DNA of 64,000 nucleotides from Chondromyces crocatus (GCF_001189295.1 NZ_CP012159.1:4168525-4232524); one strand, 5' to 3'; counted from the stretch's first letter, positions 39,408 to 50,516 are shown. Translations and numbers: made by a program. Notes: a model not told the origin generated them from the letters alone.

Positions 39408-42023
39408 TCAGCCGTCCTGCGGTGCGCTCTGTGCCGACGTCCCTGGCGTGGAGGTGCCTTGCGAGCCTCCTGCGCGTGGCGGGGCGCCCTGGCCAGCCGC
39501 TCCCTGCGCGGGGAGATCCTGTGCAGGTCCCCCTGGCGTCGTCGTGCCTTGCTGGAGGCGCGCGCGGGCCGAGGCGTCCTGTGCCGACGGCTCCTGGTCT
39601 GACGACTCTTGCGTCGACGCGCCCTGTATCGCCTGCGCCGTCGCGCCCGGAGTCGACGGCGCTCGTGTGGGCAGGCCCTGCGCTCCTTGCGGCGCTTGCG
39701 CGGGCGCCGTGGAGCCCATCGACGTCGAGCCGGGCACGGTCGGCGCTGGGGGCGCAAGCACCTCGTGGAGGGCCTGCTCGGGAGCGGGCGCCTCCGCGGC
39801 GGGGACCTCGGGCGCGGGCGGCGCCGCTTTCATGGGCGCGAGATCCTGGGCTGCCGCCTCCTGCGCGCCCGAGAGGAGCTTCTCCGACCCACCGGGCGCG
39901 CTCGCGTTCGACGGATCCGGCGCCTTGCCCACCAGCGCCTCGCCACGCGAGATCACGCCGACCAGCAGGCCTGCCAGCAAGGCCCCGAGCGCGATCATGC
40001 TCGCCCACTTGCCCCATCCGCGCCCGCTCTTCTGAGCGCGCTCTTGCGGGACCATGAACACCATCGAGCGCGCCCCGTCGCCGAGCGAGGCTGGCTGACC
40101 CGGGATGGGCGTCCCCGTGCAGGGCGCGCCCAGCGGAGGCAGCGCACTCACGCGGAACGTCGCACTCGTCCCCGCCGACGGGATGAACGGCACGTCGTCC
40201 GACGTGGCCCCGTCTTCGGACGCCCTGTCGGCGCGCCCCGTCTCGGGCGAGCGCGACCCGATGTCCTCGTCGACCGAGCGGTCCACCACCTGCACCGAGA
40301 CCTCGGGATTCCTCCGCGGAGGGAGCGCCTCGGCCATCGACGCCAGCGAGTCCACGACGGGCGTGTGCGGCATCGGCGTCTCTGGCGCTTCCGCGTCCTC
40401 GTGCAGGAGCGCGCTGGCGTCGAGCGGGCGCGTGTCCGGCGGCGGCGTCGCCGGCCCGTACAGCGGCGTCAGCGGACCCATCGGCGTATCGGGCGCGCTG
40501 ATGGGCGACCGCGCGGCCGAGGCCAGACGCCGCACGTCCCGCTCGGGCAGGTTCGAGTCCCGCGTCACCGGCGTCTTCGAGGACGGCACCGGCGTCTTCG
40601 AGGACGGCACCGGCGTCTTCGACGAAGGAGCCTGCGCGTCGCTCGCTGCCGCACCTGCCGCACCTGCCGCGCCTGCCGCACCTGCCGCGCCTGCCGCGCC
40701 TGCCGCGGCCACGGGCATGTTCCGCTTCGCCGTGGCGGCCATGGGTGGCGGTGGCGAACTCTTCACCACCACCGACGACGTCCTCACCACGACCGGCGTG
40801 ACCACCGCGCCGGTCGGCGCCTTCATCGTCGCCGGGACTGCATCGGGCCAGTTGTCCAGATCGAGCACCACCTCGACCTCGGACGGCGGCGACCGTTTGC
40901 TGAGCCCGAAGTCGGGCCGCGTCGGCCGACCCTTGGCCGAGTCGGGCGGCTCTTGCGACACCACCGTCGTCGGCCGCTTCTGCATCGTCGTCGCCTTCGC
41001 CAGCGCCTCGAGCAGCTCCGCCCGCGAGCACGGCCGCGTCGGCTCCTCGTCCGCCGACCTCGGCCTCCGCAGCGTCGGCGGCCCGTCCACCTGCGCCCGC
41101 GGGAACACGCCCAGGACTTCCCGGGCCAGCGCATCGTCGTCGCTCGGCAGCTCCGAGAGCTGCAGGATCCTGTCCTCGTGCGCCATGCACGGCGGCGCCT
41201 TCGGCGTCAGCTCGATGATGAAATCCCCCGAGCTCTCCACCGTCCCGTCGCACACGATCGCCGTCCAGCGCACGCTCGACCGGATGAGCAGCGCCGCGAG
41301 CCGCGTCGCCACCTGCGCCAGCTTCCCGAACGGCTCGTCCTCGTCGTGGACGATGATCAGCCGCCCCGTCGTCTTCTCCGGGTTCGCCATCAGCGCAGGC
41401 CCTGGCGGCCCGCACGACGGCGCGGGGATGTCGGCGAAGCTCTCCAGGTAGCGCCGCACGAGCGGCGGCCCCTGCAACGGCGCGTGCGTCATGCACCGCG
41501 CGTACGCCCGGTAGAACGGCCGCGCCCCACGCGACCGCTCCCAGGCCGACACCGCCCCCGACCCGCCCACGTCGCTCCGCGGCTCCCCGGCCGCATAGCC
41601 TGCCACGTGGCTGAACAGCGAGAGCGCTGCGCCCTCCAGCGCACTCTGGCTGAACTGCCGGTCCACCGTTGCGATCGCGTGCGCGAACGCCGGCTCCTCG
41701 GCGCCAGCGGCATCGATCATGCCGCTCACGCGCGTCCCGAAGATCAACCCGACCGCCCCGCGACCCGGCTCGCGCACCATGTCGTCGCGAGAGAGGTTGC
41801 CGATGGCGAACGCGAACCTGGAGCCTGGCCGTGGCTCCAGCGACTTCATCAGCCGCGCGAGCCGCGTCACATGCGGCCGGGTGAGCTCCCCGCGAGGATC
41901 TGGCGTACAGATGAAGTCGAGCTGGTGCCCTGGCACGTCACCGAACAGGGCATGAACCCATCCGGCGCCATCGGGCGCCACATACCGCAGCGGCTCATAC
42001 GCCGCGACCTTACTGGCGAGCAT
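39408..42023 (-). CDS. Hypothetical 871-aa protein: ~350-aa globular N-domain, low-complexity middle with short tandem peptide repeats, one TM, Ala/Pro/Gln-rich C-terminus
   Basis: Long ORF with (AAGAAG)n and (SSKTPVP)x3 peptide repeats and the TM WASMIALGALLAGLLVGVI. No family recognised. Confidence 0.4.
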   Translation of the reverse strand: MLASKVAAYEPLRYVAPDGAGWVHALFGDVPGHQLDFICTPDPRGELTRPHVTRLARLMKSLEPRPGSRFAFAIGNLSRDDMVREPGRGAVGLIFGTRVSGMIDAAGAEEPAFAHAIATVDRQFSQSALEGAALSLFSHVAGYAAGEPRSDVGGSGAVSAWERSRGARPFYRAYARCMTHAPLQGPPLVRRYLESFADIPAPSCGPPGPALMANPEKTTGRLIIVHDEDEPFGKLAQVATRLAALLIRSSVRWTAIVCDGTVESSGDFIIELTPKAPPCMAHEDRILQLSELPSDDDALAREVLGVFPRAQVDGPPTLRRPRSADEEPTRPCSRAELLEALAKATTMQKRPTTVVSQEPPDSAKGRPTRPDFGLSKRSPPSEVEVVLDLDNWPDAVPATMKAPTGAVVTPVVVRTSSVVVKSSPPPPMAATAKRNMPVAAAGAAGAAGAAGAAGAAGAAASDAQAPSSKTPVPSSKTPVPSSKTPVTRDSNLPERDVRRLASAARSPISAPDTPMGPLTPLYGPATPPPDTRPLDASALLHEDAEAPETPMPHTPVVDSLASMAEALPPRRNPEVSVQVVDRSVDEDIGSRSPETGRADRASEDGATSDDVPFIPSAGTSATFRVSALPPLGAPCTGTPIPGQPASLGDGARSMVFMVPQERAQKSGRGWGKWASMIALGALLAGLLVGVISRGEALVGKAPDPSNASAPGGSEKLLSGAQEAAAQDLAPMKAAPPAPEVPAAEAPAPEQALHEVLAPPAPTVPGSTSMGSTAPAQAPQGAQGLPTRAPSTPGATAQAIQGASTQESSDQEPSAQDASARARLQQGTTTPGGPAQDLPAQGAAGQGAPPRAGGSQGTSTPGTSAQSAPQDG

Positions 42024-42511
42024 GCGTCTCCTCCGACACGGGCTGCCCGGTCATCGTGCTTCGGGCCCCGGAGCAGCCCTGCCCCCCCGGGGGAATGGAC
42101 CGGACCATTCGCGCCCGAGCAGACCTCTGGAGGGTCGGCGCAGCCGCGATAGCCTACCGTGGACTCCGATGACCGAGCCCCCGCCAGCGCTCGCTCGGAC
42201 CCACGCAAATCGTTCGCACCATGCAGCGCGTCCCGAACGGGGAAACCGCCATGAATCGCGAGCCAGCGCACCGATTGACAGGCCTGTTCGTCGTGCGCGT
42301 CCCCCCCGTCCACCGAGGTCCGCCGCGAGCGGCGCGAGCGACGGCCGCGACGCTCCTGCGCGGAGGAGACGGGCGCCCGGGCGTGGATGACGAACAGGGG
42401 ACGAGAGGACGAGGACGGGGATGGGGACGGGGACGGGTATGGGGACGAGAGGGATGCGTCAGCGAGCGCAGAGAGGTGGGTGAAGCGTCGCGCTCGCTGA
42501 CGGGGGGCCGA

Positions 42512-43492
<981 letters not shown>

Positions 43493-43761
43493 GAGACATT
43501 CCTCCGGAAACTACGTCGGCCGGAAATCGACCGCGCAGCCCTGGAATAGGCACGCCCCGAGCGGTTCGCCATAACAGCCTATTTCAGTCTATTTCAGTCT
43601 GTAACACCGGGCGATACGTGACATTGCATCATAGAGGGAGAGGTGCGTGCTTCGCCTACGTCTCCTGACCATCGCGCCAGCGACACGCGGGGATCGGTTC
43701 GAGAGAAATTTCGAATGGTTGCCGGCAGAACGGCTGTCGACGGGCCGGGTCGAGGTCCGTT

Positions 43762-44087
43762 TTGCGACGGTCCTGGGTAGTTCTGCGACGGTCCTGGGTA
43801 GTTGCCCAAGCGGTCCTGGGTAGTTGCTCAAGCGGTCCTGGGTAGTTGCTCAAGCGGTCCTGGGTAGTTGCTCAAGCGGTCCTGGGTAGTTGCTCAAGCA
43901 GTCCTGGGTAGTTGCTCAAGCAGTCCTGGGTAGTTGCTCAAGCGGTCCTGGGTAGTTGCTCAAGCGGTCCTGGGTAGTTGCTCAAGCAGTCCTGGGTAGT
44001 TGCCCAAGCAGTCCTGGGTAGTTGCTCAAGCGGTCCTGGGTAGTTGCTCAAGCGGTCCTGGGTAGTTGCTCAAGCGGTCCTGGGGGG
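43762..44087. repeat. Highly regular tandem array, 22-bp unit (gcggtcctgggtagttgctcaa) x ~15 with three variable positions; preceded by a small (tatttcagtc)x2-3 repeat at 43575-43600
   Basis: Read directly from the sequence. Copies are perfectly phased every 22 bp, with only G/A (gcRgtcc), T/C (ttgcYcaa) and first-unit variants. Repeat GC (~59%) is below the local ~70%. There are no spacers, so it is not CRISPR. Confidence 0.9.
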
Positions 44088-45048
44088 CGGGGTCGCTGGC
44101 GCGTCTCCTCCGGAGGTCGGATCGCCTTCGGATGCCGGTGTCTGGCTCTCCACGCGCGCTCGCGGCGGCGCGGGCGTCTTCTGGAACATTTCGGCGAGGA
44201 TGCGCTCCGTCGCGTCGCTGAGCACATCCCGGTGCAGCCGACCATGCTCGCGGAAGAAGTGCTGCGCCATCCGCCCATCCAGCGCGCGCGTCGCGAGGAG
44301 ATCGAAGGCGGCGCGCTCGTCCAGCGTGCCTTCGGAGGCCACCACCCGGGCGTCCGGGTGCAGCTCCTCCTGGTCGAAGCGCCCCTCCCAGTGCCCTCCC
44401 AGCGTCACCGAGAAGTACTGGAAGGCGGCGTTGCCTGGGCGAGCCATGTGCGACACCGTGACCACGGCCTGAAGCCGGTTCCATTCCTCGGGAGGCATCG
44501 TCTTCCGCCAGCCTTCCAGCGTGGCGTGCATGGTCTCGATCTGATCGCGCGCCGACCCCTCGGCGTTGTGGATGATGTCCGGCGACTGCGCGCGCACGTA
44601 CGCGATCAGCGTCTCCCGCGTGACGTGGCCTTCGGTGAGCGCTCGCTGGAGCAACGCGTGCGCCGACGCGAAGAGGCGCCGCTGGCGGGGAAGCTCGTCG
44701 ACGGTGAAGCGTCGCCGTGGCAGGCTCGCCTCGGCCAGCGCGAGACGCTCGCCGAGCACGGTGAGGCGCGCGCGGGCCGCCTCGTCGAAGGGCGAGGGTA
44801 GCCCCCAGAGGGTGAGGTACACGGCGAGCGGCAGGTGGCTCATCGCCTTCAGCTCGTGGTAGCGGCGGGTGCGGGCGAGGCCTTCGAAGCGCTCTCCGCG
44901 GTGCCGCAGGATCAAGCTGTCGTCGATCTGCGCGACGATGGGACTCATGCGCGAAAGCGCCTCGGCGCGATGAGCCGCGTAGGCGTCATGGAAGGCCTGG
45001 TCGATGACGCCGAGGGGATCGCTCTCGTCGAGGCCGACGTCGATCATG
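44070..45048 (-). CDS. Hypothetical protein (326 aa); its last codons run into the 22-bp repeat array
   Basis: Start chosen at MIDVGLDESDPLGV, whose ATG overlaps the RidA stop (ATGA). The upstream part of the 833-aa ORF is low-complexity and unsupported. No family recognised. Confidence 0.4.
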
Positions 45049-45445
45049 GCGCCTGCTCCGGCAGGGCGACGGCGTCGGCCTCGATCTCGATCAGCATCGC
45101 CGGGTCGATGAGGCGTGAGACCTGCACCATCGAGGTCGCCGGGGGACACGCTGCGAAGAAGGCGCCGTGCGCGCGTCCGAATGCCTCCCAGCGGTCGATG
45201 TCGGTCACGAACATCCGCGTGCGCACGATGGCGCGCCGGTCGAGCCCCAGCTTGCGCAGCGCCTCCTCGATGATCTCCAGGCACCGCGCCGCCTGAGCTT
45301 CCGCGTCTCCTGGCGCGTACACCGTGCCCTCGTTCGTGATCGGCGCCGACCCCGAGACGTAGACGTGGTGCCCGGCTCGAACGGCTCGGCAGTAACTGAC
45401 CTTCGCCTCCCAGGGGGCCCCGGAGAACACACGCTCGAACGACAT
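45044..45445 (-). CDS. ridA: RidA/YjgF/TdcF (Rid) family protein
   Basis: 133 aa. RAVRAGHHVYVSGSAPI...AEAQAARCLEIIEEALRKLG...IVRTRMFVTDI...MVQVSRLIDPAMLIEIEADA is the Rid-family pattern. Confidence 0.8.
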   Translation of the reverse strand: MSFERVFSGAPWEAKVSYCRAVRAGHHVYVSGSAPITNEGTVYAPGDAEAQAARCLEIIEEALRKLGLDRRAIVRTRMFVTDIDRWEAFGRAHGAFFAACPPATSMVQVSRLIDPAMLIEIEADAVALPEQAP

Positions 45446-45531
45446 GCCAGAAACGTAGCACCGGCCACCGGCCTTTCTCGTCCAGTCGGTCCTGGCGCGG
45501 CGGGCACCCTGGCCCTACCTTCGAGAGCTGC

Positions 45532-46983
45532 ATGCGGGACCCCGCGCCACGCTCCAGCCGCTCCGCGGAGGCCGTCGCCGTCCTCGTCGCGGTGGCGCTG
45601 CACGTGGGGCTCCTGGGGACCGGGCTGCTCCCCTGGGCCGAGCGGCCCCTGGCCCAGGCCGACGCCGACGATGCGGTGACCACCTGGTTGGAACTGGAAG
45701 ACGTGCGCCCTGCGCCCGGCGGCGGGGATATGCCCACGGAAGCGAGCACGCCGGAGCCCCCCGGAGCCCCTCGGGCGCCTGCCGAGGCCCCTCCTTCCGA
45801 CGACCCGCTCGCGCGCAACGGCGCTTCCGAGGCTCGCCCCGCGGCGGTCGTCCCGTCGCCACCCGCGCCCACGGAGCCCACCCCGACCCCACCTCCCGCG
45901 GTCGAGCCTCCCGCTCCCCAGCTGCCGTCGGACCCCCTCGATCCGCCACCCGCGCCGCCCGAGGCCCCGTCGCCCGTTGCGCCGCCCATCGCGCCTCCCG
46001 CCGCGGTCCCGGTCGAGCCTCCTGCCATCGCGCAGCTTCCAGGCACACCCCCCTCGGAGACGCCCTCCGCGCCGCCCGAGCCGTCTTCACCTGCCGCCCC
46101 TTCGCCAGGCAGTCCCGACGAGTACGGCGGCGCTCCACCACCCGAGGTGGCGCTGGCCCCAGGCCTCGGTGGCGCGCCCGTGTGGACCTTGCCGGGCGTC
46201 CTCGCGCCTCGACCCGAAGCGACCGCCGCGCCCACCTCGGCTCCAGCGGCCGCGCCGGTCGACCCGACCATCGCGGGCAAGGTGCTCACCTCCAGCATCC
46301 AGACCCGCGACAAATCCCTCGGCTTGCAGATGCCCGCGGCCGGCGTCGTCGCCACCTCCCTCGCCGACGCCGTGCGCAGCTCCACCGCGCCCCTCGACGC
46401 CCGCGCCAAGTTCGAGGTGAAGCTCGGTGCCGACGGCAGCGTGCAGGGCGTGCGTGTCCTCAGCGCCACCGCCGGCGACGCGATCGAGTGGGAGCGCGCC
46501 GCCAGGAACGCAGCGCAGGCGCTCGCCTCGCGCACCCTCCAGGTCGGCGAGGCCGGACGCGACGGCGTCACCGTGGTGGTGAAGGTCGAATCGAAGGTCG
46601 TCTACCCCGCCGGCACCAAGACCAAGGCCGACGTCGAGCCGGTCTGCGCCGAGGACGTGGTCCTCGAGATGGTGCGGAACCTGGAGCAGCTCGGGTCGAG
46701 CGAGAAGCCCACGCGCATCCAGCTCGGCGACGGCAGCTTCTGCATCCCCATCGGCCTCCGCGTCCGGGGCGACGTGGCCAACATCGGCGCCGTCCAGCAG
46801 CGCGTGGTCAGCTCCAGCTTCGACGTCGTGCTCCCCGGCTCGATGAAGCTGCAAGCCGAAGAGGTGCTGCCCGTCGACACCCGCGCCCCCTGGCTCAAGG
46901 ACCTCCCCTCGAAGGGCCCGCGGCTACCCCCGCCGAAGAAGTGGCAGAAGAAGAAGAAGCCCAAGAAGAAAAAGGACCCGTAG
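45532..46983 (+). CDS. TonB-family protein: TM with SxxxH-type His, long Pro-rich spacer, TonB-C-like domain, Lys-rich tail
   Basis: TM AVAVLVAVALHVGLLG has a His in the helix. A ~200-aa Pro-rich region has PxP repeats. The C-domain is AKFEVKLGADGSVQGVRVLSATAGDAIEWERAARNAAQ, and the tail is WQKKKKPKKKKDP. Confidence 0.5.
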   Translation: MRDPAPRSSRSAEAVAVLVAVALHVGLLGTGLLPWAERPLAQADADDAVTTWLELEDVRPAPGGGDMPTEASTPEPPGAPRAPAEAPPSDDPLARNGASEARPAAVVPSPPAPTEPTPTPPPAVEPPAPQLPSDPLDPPPAPPEAPSPVAPPIAPPAAVPVEPPAIAQLPGTPPSETPSAPPEPSSPAAPSPGSPDEYGGAPPPEVALAPGLGGAPVWTLPGVLAPRPEATAAPTSAPAAAPVDPTIAGKVLTSSIQTRDKSLGLQMPAAGVVATSLADAVRSSTAPLDARAKFEVKLGADGSVQGVRVLSATAGDAIEWERAARNAAQALASRTLQVGEAGRDGVTVVVKVESKVVYPAGTKTKADVEPVCAEDVVLEMVRNLEQLGSSEKPTRIQLGDGSFCIPIGLRVRGDVANIGAVQQRVVSSSFDVVLPGSMKLQAEEVLPVDTRAPWLKDLPSKGPRLPPPKKWQKKKKPKKKKDP

Positions 46984-47002
46984 CGTCAGGGCCCCGTCGC
47001 GC

Positions 47003-47415
47003 TCACCAGCGAAAGTGCGACGAGCCGATCTCGGCCGGCACCACGACGCCGAACGCATTCTGCACGCCGGTGACCATCAGCCGGGTGGGATCGGCGGGAT
47101 CGATCAGCAGCTCGCACGGCGCCCCGGGTTGCAGCAAGTGCAGGTGGGTCGAGAGACAGGTCAGGTGCGTCTCGATGACCTGGTTCGCGTCGGCGAGCTG
47201 CAAGGACACGGGCACACGGTTGTACGACGGGCCATGGCCGTAGCGTCCGAGGATCACGGGTGGATCCACGCGGGCGAAGGTCGCACGGGCACGCCTCCCG
47301 ATCGGACCGAGCACCGCCGCGGGCCCTTCCGCCGCCGAAGGCCGCATCCCGAAGCGGACGACGAGGAACCCGACGGTCCCGAGGATCACGACCATTCCCA
47401 GAAGGAAAATCACCA
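47003..47415 (-). CDS. Small N-terminally membrane-anchored hypothetical protein (137 aa)
   Basis: MVIFLLGMVVILGTVGFLVV TM followed by a soluble domain. Lies downstream of the TetR gene on the same strand; the larger overlapping ORF has no support. Confidence 0.35.
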
Positions 47416-47492
47416 TGACGCGGGTCCACCTTAGGACACGGCAGGAGGATGAGGCGCGGCAAAACGCTGGGCCTGTGGAGCTGGTCACGAAG

Positions 47493-48191
47493 TCAGCCGA
47501 GAGCACGACGGGCGCGCTCTGCCATCGACTGAGGAGCGCGCGCCCCTGGCTCGGCCGGCGCCTCGTGCCCCGTGCCGTGCGCGCGCAGGAACGCCGCGAT
47601 GTGATCGTCGCAGAAGCGCGTGTACGACAGCGGCCGGCACGCCACGCCGCCGAGTGCACCTTGATGCAGCAGTGCCAGGAGCGGCGGTGACATGAGCGAC
47701 AGCGCCATGTGCCGCACCTCGCCCGCTCTGAGTTCGCCCCGCGCCACGTGCCGCGCGAGCCGCGCCTCGACGGCCTCCAGCAGCGGATCGAGCACCTCTT
47801 GCAGGTAGGCTGGGCCGAGCGTCTCTTGCCGCAGCCCCACGGCGAGCCCCACCGCGAACACCTCGCCCACACCGTGCTGGTCGAACGCCTCGCCCAGGCG
47901 GCGCAAGAGCCCGTCGAGGGACGCGCGCACGGGGGCGAGCGGCTCGGTGGCGACGGAGAGCAGGTACGGACGCCCGCCCTCGTGCCAGTGCGCGAACACC
48001 GCGGCGAGCACACCTTCGCGCGAGCCGAAGTAGTGCCGGAGCGTCGACGCGCTCACGCCCGCGGCGGCTGCCAGCTCACGCAAGCTCGCGCGGGCCCCGT
48101 CGGGTTCGGTCACCCGCGCGAGGAGGCCACGGAGCAACGACGCCCTCGTCGCCTCGAAGTCCGGGTTGCGTGATCCCGCTGGCCGCCCCAT
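47493..48191 (-). CDS. TetR/AcrR family transcriptional regulator
   Basis: HTH SLRELAAAAGVSASTLRHYFGSREGVLAAV. Divergent from the Rieske oxygenase. Start taken at MGRPAGS; the ORF is open to 48254. Confidence 0.7.
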   Translation of the reverse strand: MGRPAGSRNPDFEATRASLLRGLLARVTEPDGARASLRELAAAAGVSASTLRHYFGSREGVLAAVFAHWHEGGRPYLLSVATEPLAPVRASLDGLLRRLGEAFDQHGVGEVFAVGLAVGLRQETLGPAYLQEVLDPLLEAVEARLARHVARGELRAGEVRHMALSLMSPPLLALLHQGALGGVACRPLSYTRFCDDHIAAFLRAHGTGHEAPAEPGARAPQSMAERARRALG

Positions 48192-48336
48192 CGCGTCGTC
48201 CTCGTGCGTCCGTAGTGTAGACCGTTCGTACACCAGGGTCGTCTGCTTGAACACGCATCTTTTGCGCTCTTCCAGGCGCTCGCTTGACCGTCCCCGGAGT
48301 GTTGTTTAGACCATTTGTACACGGAACGGAGGCGTC

Positions 48337-49401
48337 ATGTTCGAGGGGTTCGCGAACGTGTGGACACCGATCCTGCCTGCGCGGGAGGTCCGGAACGCGC
48401 CGGTCGCGGCGAAGCTCGCCGGGGAGTCGCTGGTGCTCTTTCGCGACGCCGAGGGGCAGATCGGTGCGCTCCTCGATCGCTGCCCGCACCGGGGCGTCGC
48501 GCTGTCGCTCGGCGAGATTTCCGAGGGGGGGCACCTGCAGTGCCCGTTCCATGGCTGGTCCTTCCGCGCGGACGGCGCGTGCGCGCACATCCCGTTCAAT
48601 CCGGTGGGGGACGAGAAGCTCGCGCGGTACGCGGCGCTGGCGGTCCCGGCGCGCGAGGTCGGGGGGCTCGTCTGGGTGTTCACCGGGCAAGACGCGGCCG
48701 GGACCGAGCCGGTGCTGCCGTCTGCGCTGGTGGACCCGCGCTGGGGCGTGACCAGCTACCACGAGGACTGGGACACGCACTGGACGCGGGCGATGGAGAA
48801 CATGCTCGACTTCCCGCACGTGCCCTTCATCCACCGCCGCACCATCGGGCGCGACATGCGGCGGCGGCTGCACAGCCACGCCGAGATGCACATCGAGATC
48901 GCGCCCTCCGACTGGGGCGCGACGTTCCACGGCGCGGTCGATGGAGACCCGACGGGCGTGAGCTTGATGTGGCGGCGCCCGAACGGGATGGAGCTGCACG
49001 TCAAGCCGACGTCGATGCGCGTCCACATCTACTGCATCCCGCTGTCGGAGCGGTGCACGCGGATGCTCCTGCTCACGGCGCGGACCTTCCTGCGCTGGGG
49101 GCCGCTGGCGACGCTGCTGGACTACGCGAACCGCAAGATCCTGCTGGAGGACCGGGCGGTGGTGGAGAGCTCGCAGCCTGCCGAGGTGCCGCCCGCGGCC
49201 GAGGAGCTGTCGGTGGCGACCGATGGGCCGACGCTGTACTTCCGGCGGCACTACTTCCGGGAGTTGCGGGGGTCGACCAGCGCGCTGGTGCCGGTCTCAC
49301 GGCTGCGGGGCGCGGCGGTGGCGCTGCGACGGGAGGCGGGCCTCACCGAGGGGAACTGTGTGGGCCTCGCGGCCACCCCACTCGGCGCGCGAGGAGGTTA
49401 G
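48337..49401 (+). CDS. Rieske [2Fe-2S] non-heme iron oxygenase
   Basis: Rieske motif CPHRGVALSLG...CPFHGW, then a catalytic-domain-like region (HEDWDTHWTRAMENMLDFPHVPFIHRRT). Confidence 0.8.
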   Translation: MFEGFANVWTPILPAREVRNAPVAAKLAGESLVLFRDAEGQIGALLDRCPHRGVALSLGEISEGGHLQCPFHGWSFRADGACAHIPFNPVGDEKLARYAALAVPAREVGGLVWVFTGQDAAGTEPVLPSALVDPRWGVTSYHEDWDTHWTRAMENMLDFPHVPFIHRRTIGRDMRRRLHSHAEMHIEIAPSDWGATFHGAVDGDPTGVSLMWRRPNGMELHVKPTSMRVHIYCIPLSERCTRMLLLTARTFLRWGPLATLLDYANRKILLEDRAVVESSQPAEVPPAAEELSVATDGPTLYFRRHYFRELRGSTSALVPVSRLRGAAVALRREAGLTEGNCVGLAATPLGARGG

Positions 49402-49420
49402 CGCTCGGGCGCGACAGGCA

Positions 49421-50404
49421 TCAGCCTGCCTCCTCTTGCTCGAGGTCCTTGGCGCTCCTGCCCAGGCGCTTCTTCGTCTCGTCGCGCGCCTCGGTGATCG
49501 TGGAGCACGTCAGGAGCAGATCGATCATCGCCCAGACACGCATGGCCTGCCGGATCTTGTCTCCCGTGCTCACCTCGGTCGGAGGGCGGATCGCAGGGCC
49601 GAGCGTCAAGAGGTAGTGCGGCTCGATCGCGTGGTCTCTCGCGTCGGGGAAGACGTCTCGCGGGTTCGCGAAGACCTGGTAGTCGTCGACGTGGTGGATG
49701 GTCTGGAGCCGAGCGTCGTAGCGGAACGCGATGTAGTTTGGTGGCGTTGCGGGCCAGTGTCCCTGGGTCGGGTAGAAGTAACGGCGCCGCTTCGTCGCGA
49801 CCTCCTTGAAGTCGAGCCCCCAGGCGCCACCAGCCCCGAGCGAGACGACGTACACCATGTTCGAGCGGACGTTCTCCATGCCCAAGATCTCCGTGAGGTA
49901 GGCCTTGAATTCATCCAGCAGATGCTTGTTCCGGTTGTTTTCATCCGGGCGCGCGCGGCGGGCGAGTTCCCGGATGCTGCGCCACGTCAGGTGCCGGACG
50001 GGGACGCCGTCCAGCTCGGGCGGGAGCGCACGCTCGGCGTAGGCCTGCGTCGCGTTGGTGACCGCGACGAGGATCTTCGTCTCTCTGGCGTCGTGCAGCT
50101 TCGAGGCGTACTTCCGGAGCTGCTTCACGCTCGGGAGCTTCACGCCTCGCTTGGCCTCGATGATGCAATGGAACGCGCCTGGCCAGCGCATCTCGACGTC
50201 CGTACGGCCGTCTTCCTCGATGCGCTGGAGATGGACGACCCCGCCTTCCGATCCCGGTGTTCCCCCGACGGCCTCCGCGAGCTGCCGCGCGAAGGCCGCC
50301 GACCTCGACGCGACCAGGCCCAGCGCGTAGGTCATGTCGTCTTCCCGGGTGCCCAGGAGATCGAAGATCGTTCCGACGGAGCGGCCGTACCGGAGGAGCT
50401 TCAT
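49421..50404 (-). CDS. Hypothetical protein with a possible PD-(D/E)xK nuclease-like core
   Basis: GRTDVEMRW...[13 protein letters not shown] fits the D..(D/E)xK spacing. This is an inference from the motif only. Confidence 0.35.
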   Translation of the reverse strand: MKLLRYGRSVGTIFDLLGTREDDMTYALGLVASRSAAFARQLAEAVGGTPGSEGGVVHLQRIEEDGRTDVEMRWPGAFHCIIEAKRGVKLPSVKQLRKYASKLHDARETKILVAVTNATQAYAERALPPELDGVPVRHLTWRSIRELARRARPDENNRNKHLLDEFKAYLTEILGMENVRSNMVYVVSLGAGGAWGLDFKEVATKRRRYFYPTQGHWPATPPNYIAFRYDARLQTIHHVDDYQVFANPRDVFPDARDHAIEPHYLLTLGPAIRPPTEVSTGDKIRQAMRVWAMIDLLLTCSTITEARDETKKRLGRSAKDLEQEEAG

Positions 50405-50516
50405 CGGGCCCGAGGGTAGCTGAGCCCGAGGCGTGGAGGGCGCGCTGTTCGGCCGCCAAGGCGCGTGCGCGCGAAGCGTGGGACTCGGCCGCCCCCCGCC
50501 CCCACGGGCGGCCGGT

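Noticed and set aside
43762-44087. Considered a CRISPR array because of the regular short repeats
   Set aside because: Units are directly adjacent with no intervening unique spacers, and the unit (22 bp) is shorter than typical CRISPR repeats. Treated as a tandem repeat instead.
43589-44484. Short ORFs translating the 22-bp array into PGPLEQLPRTA-type peptide repeats
   Set aside because: ORFs are short and fragmented across frames and have no start context. A 22-bp unit would need three units per peptide period. No supporting signal.
46986-48013. Overlapping 158-aa and 336-aa minus-strand ORFs downstream of the TetR gene
   Set aside because: Only the C-terminal 137 aa (47003-47415), which has a clean N-terminal TM segment, looks protein-like. 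The upstream extension is Arg/Ala-rich and overlaps the TetR gene.
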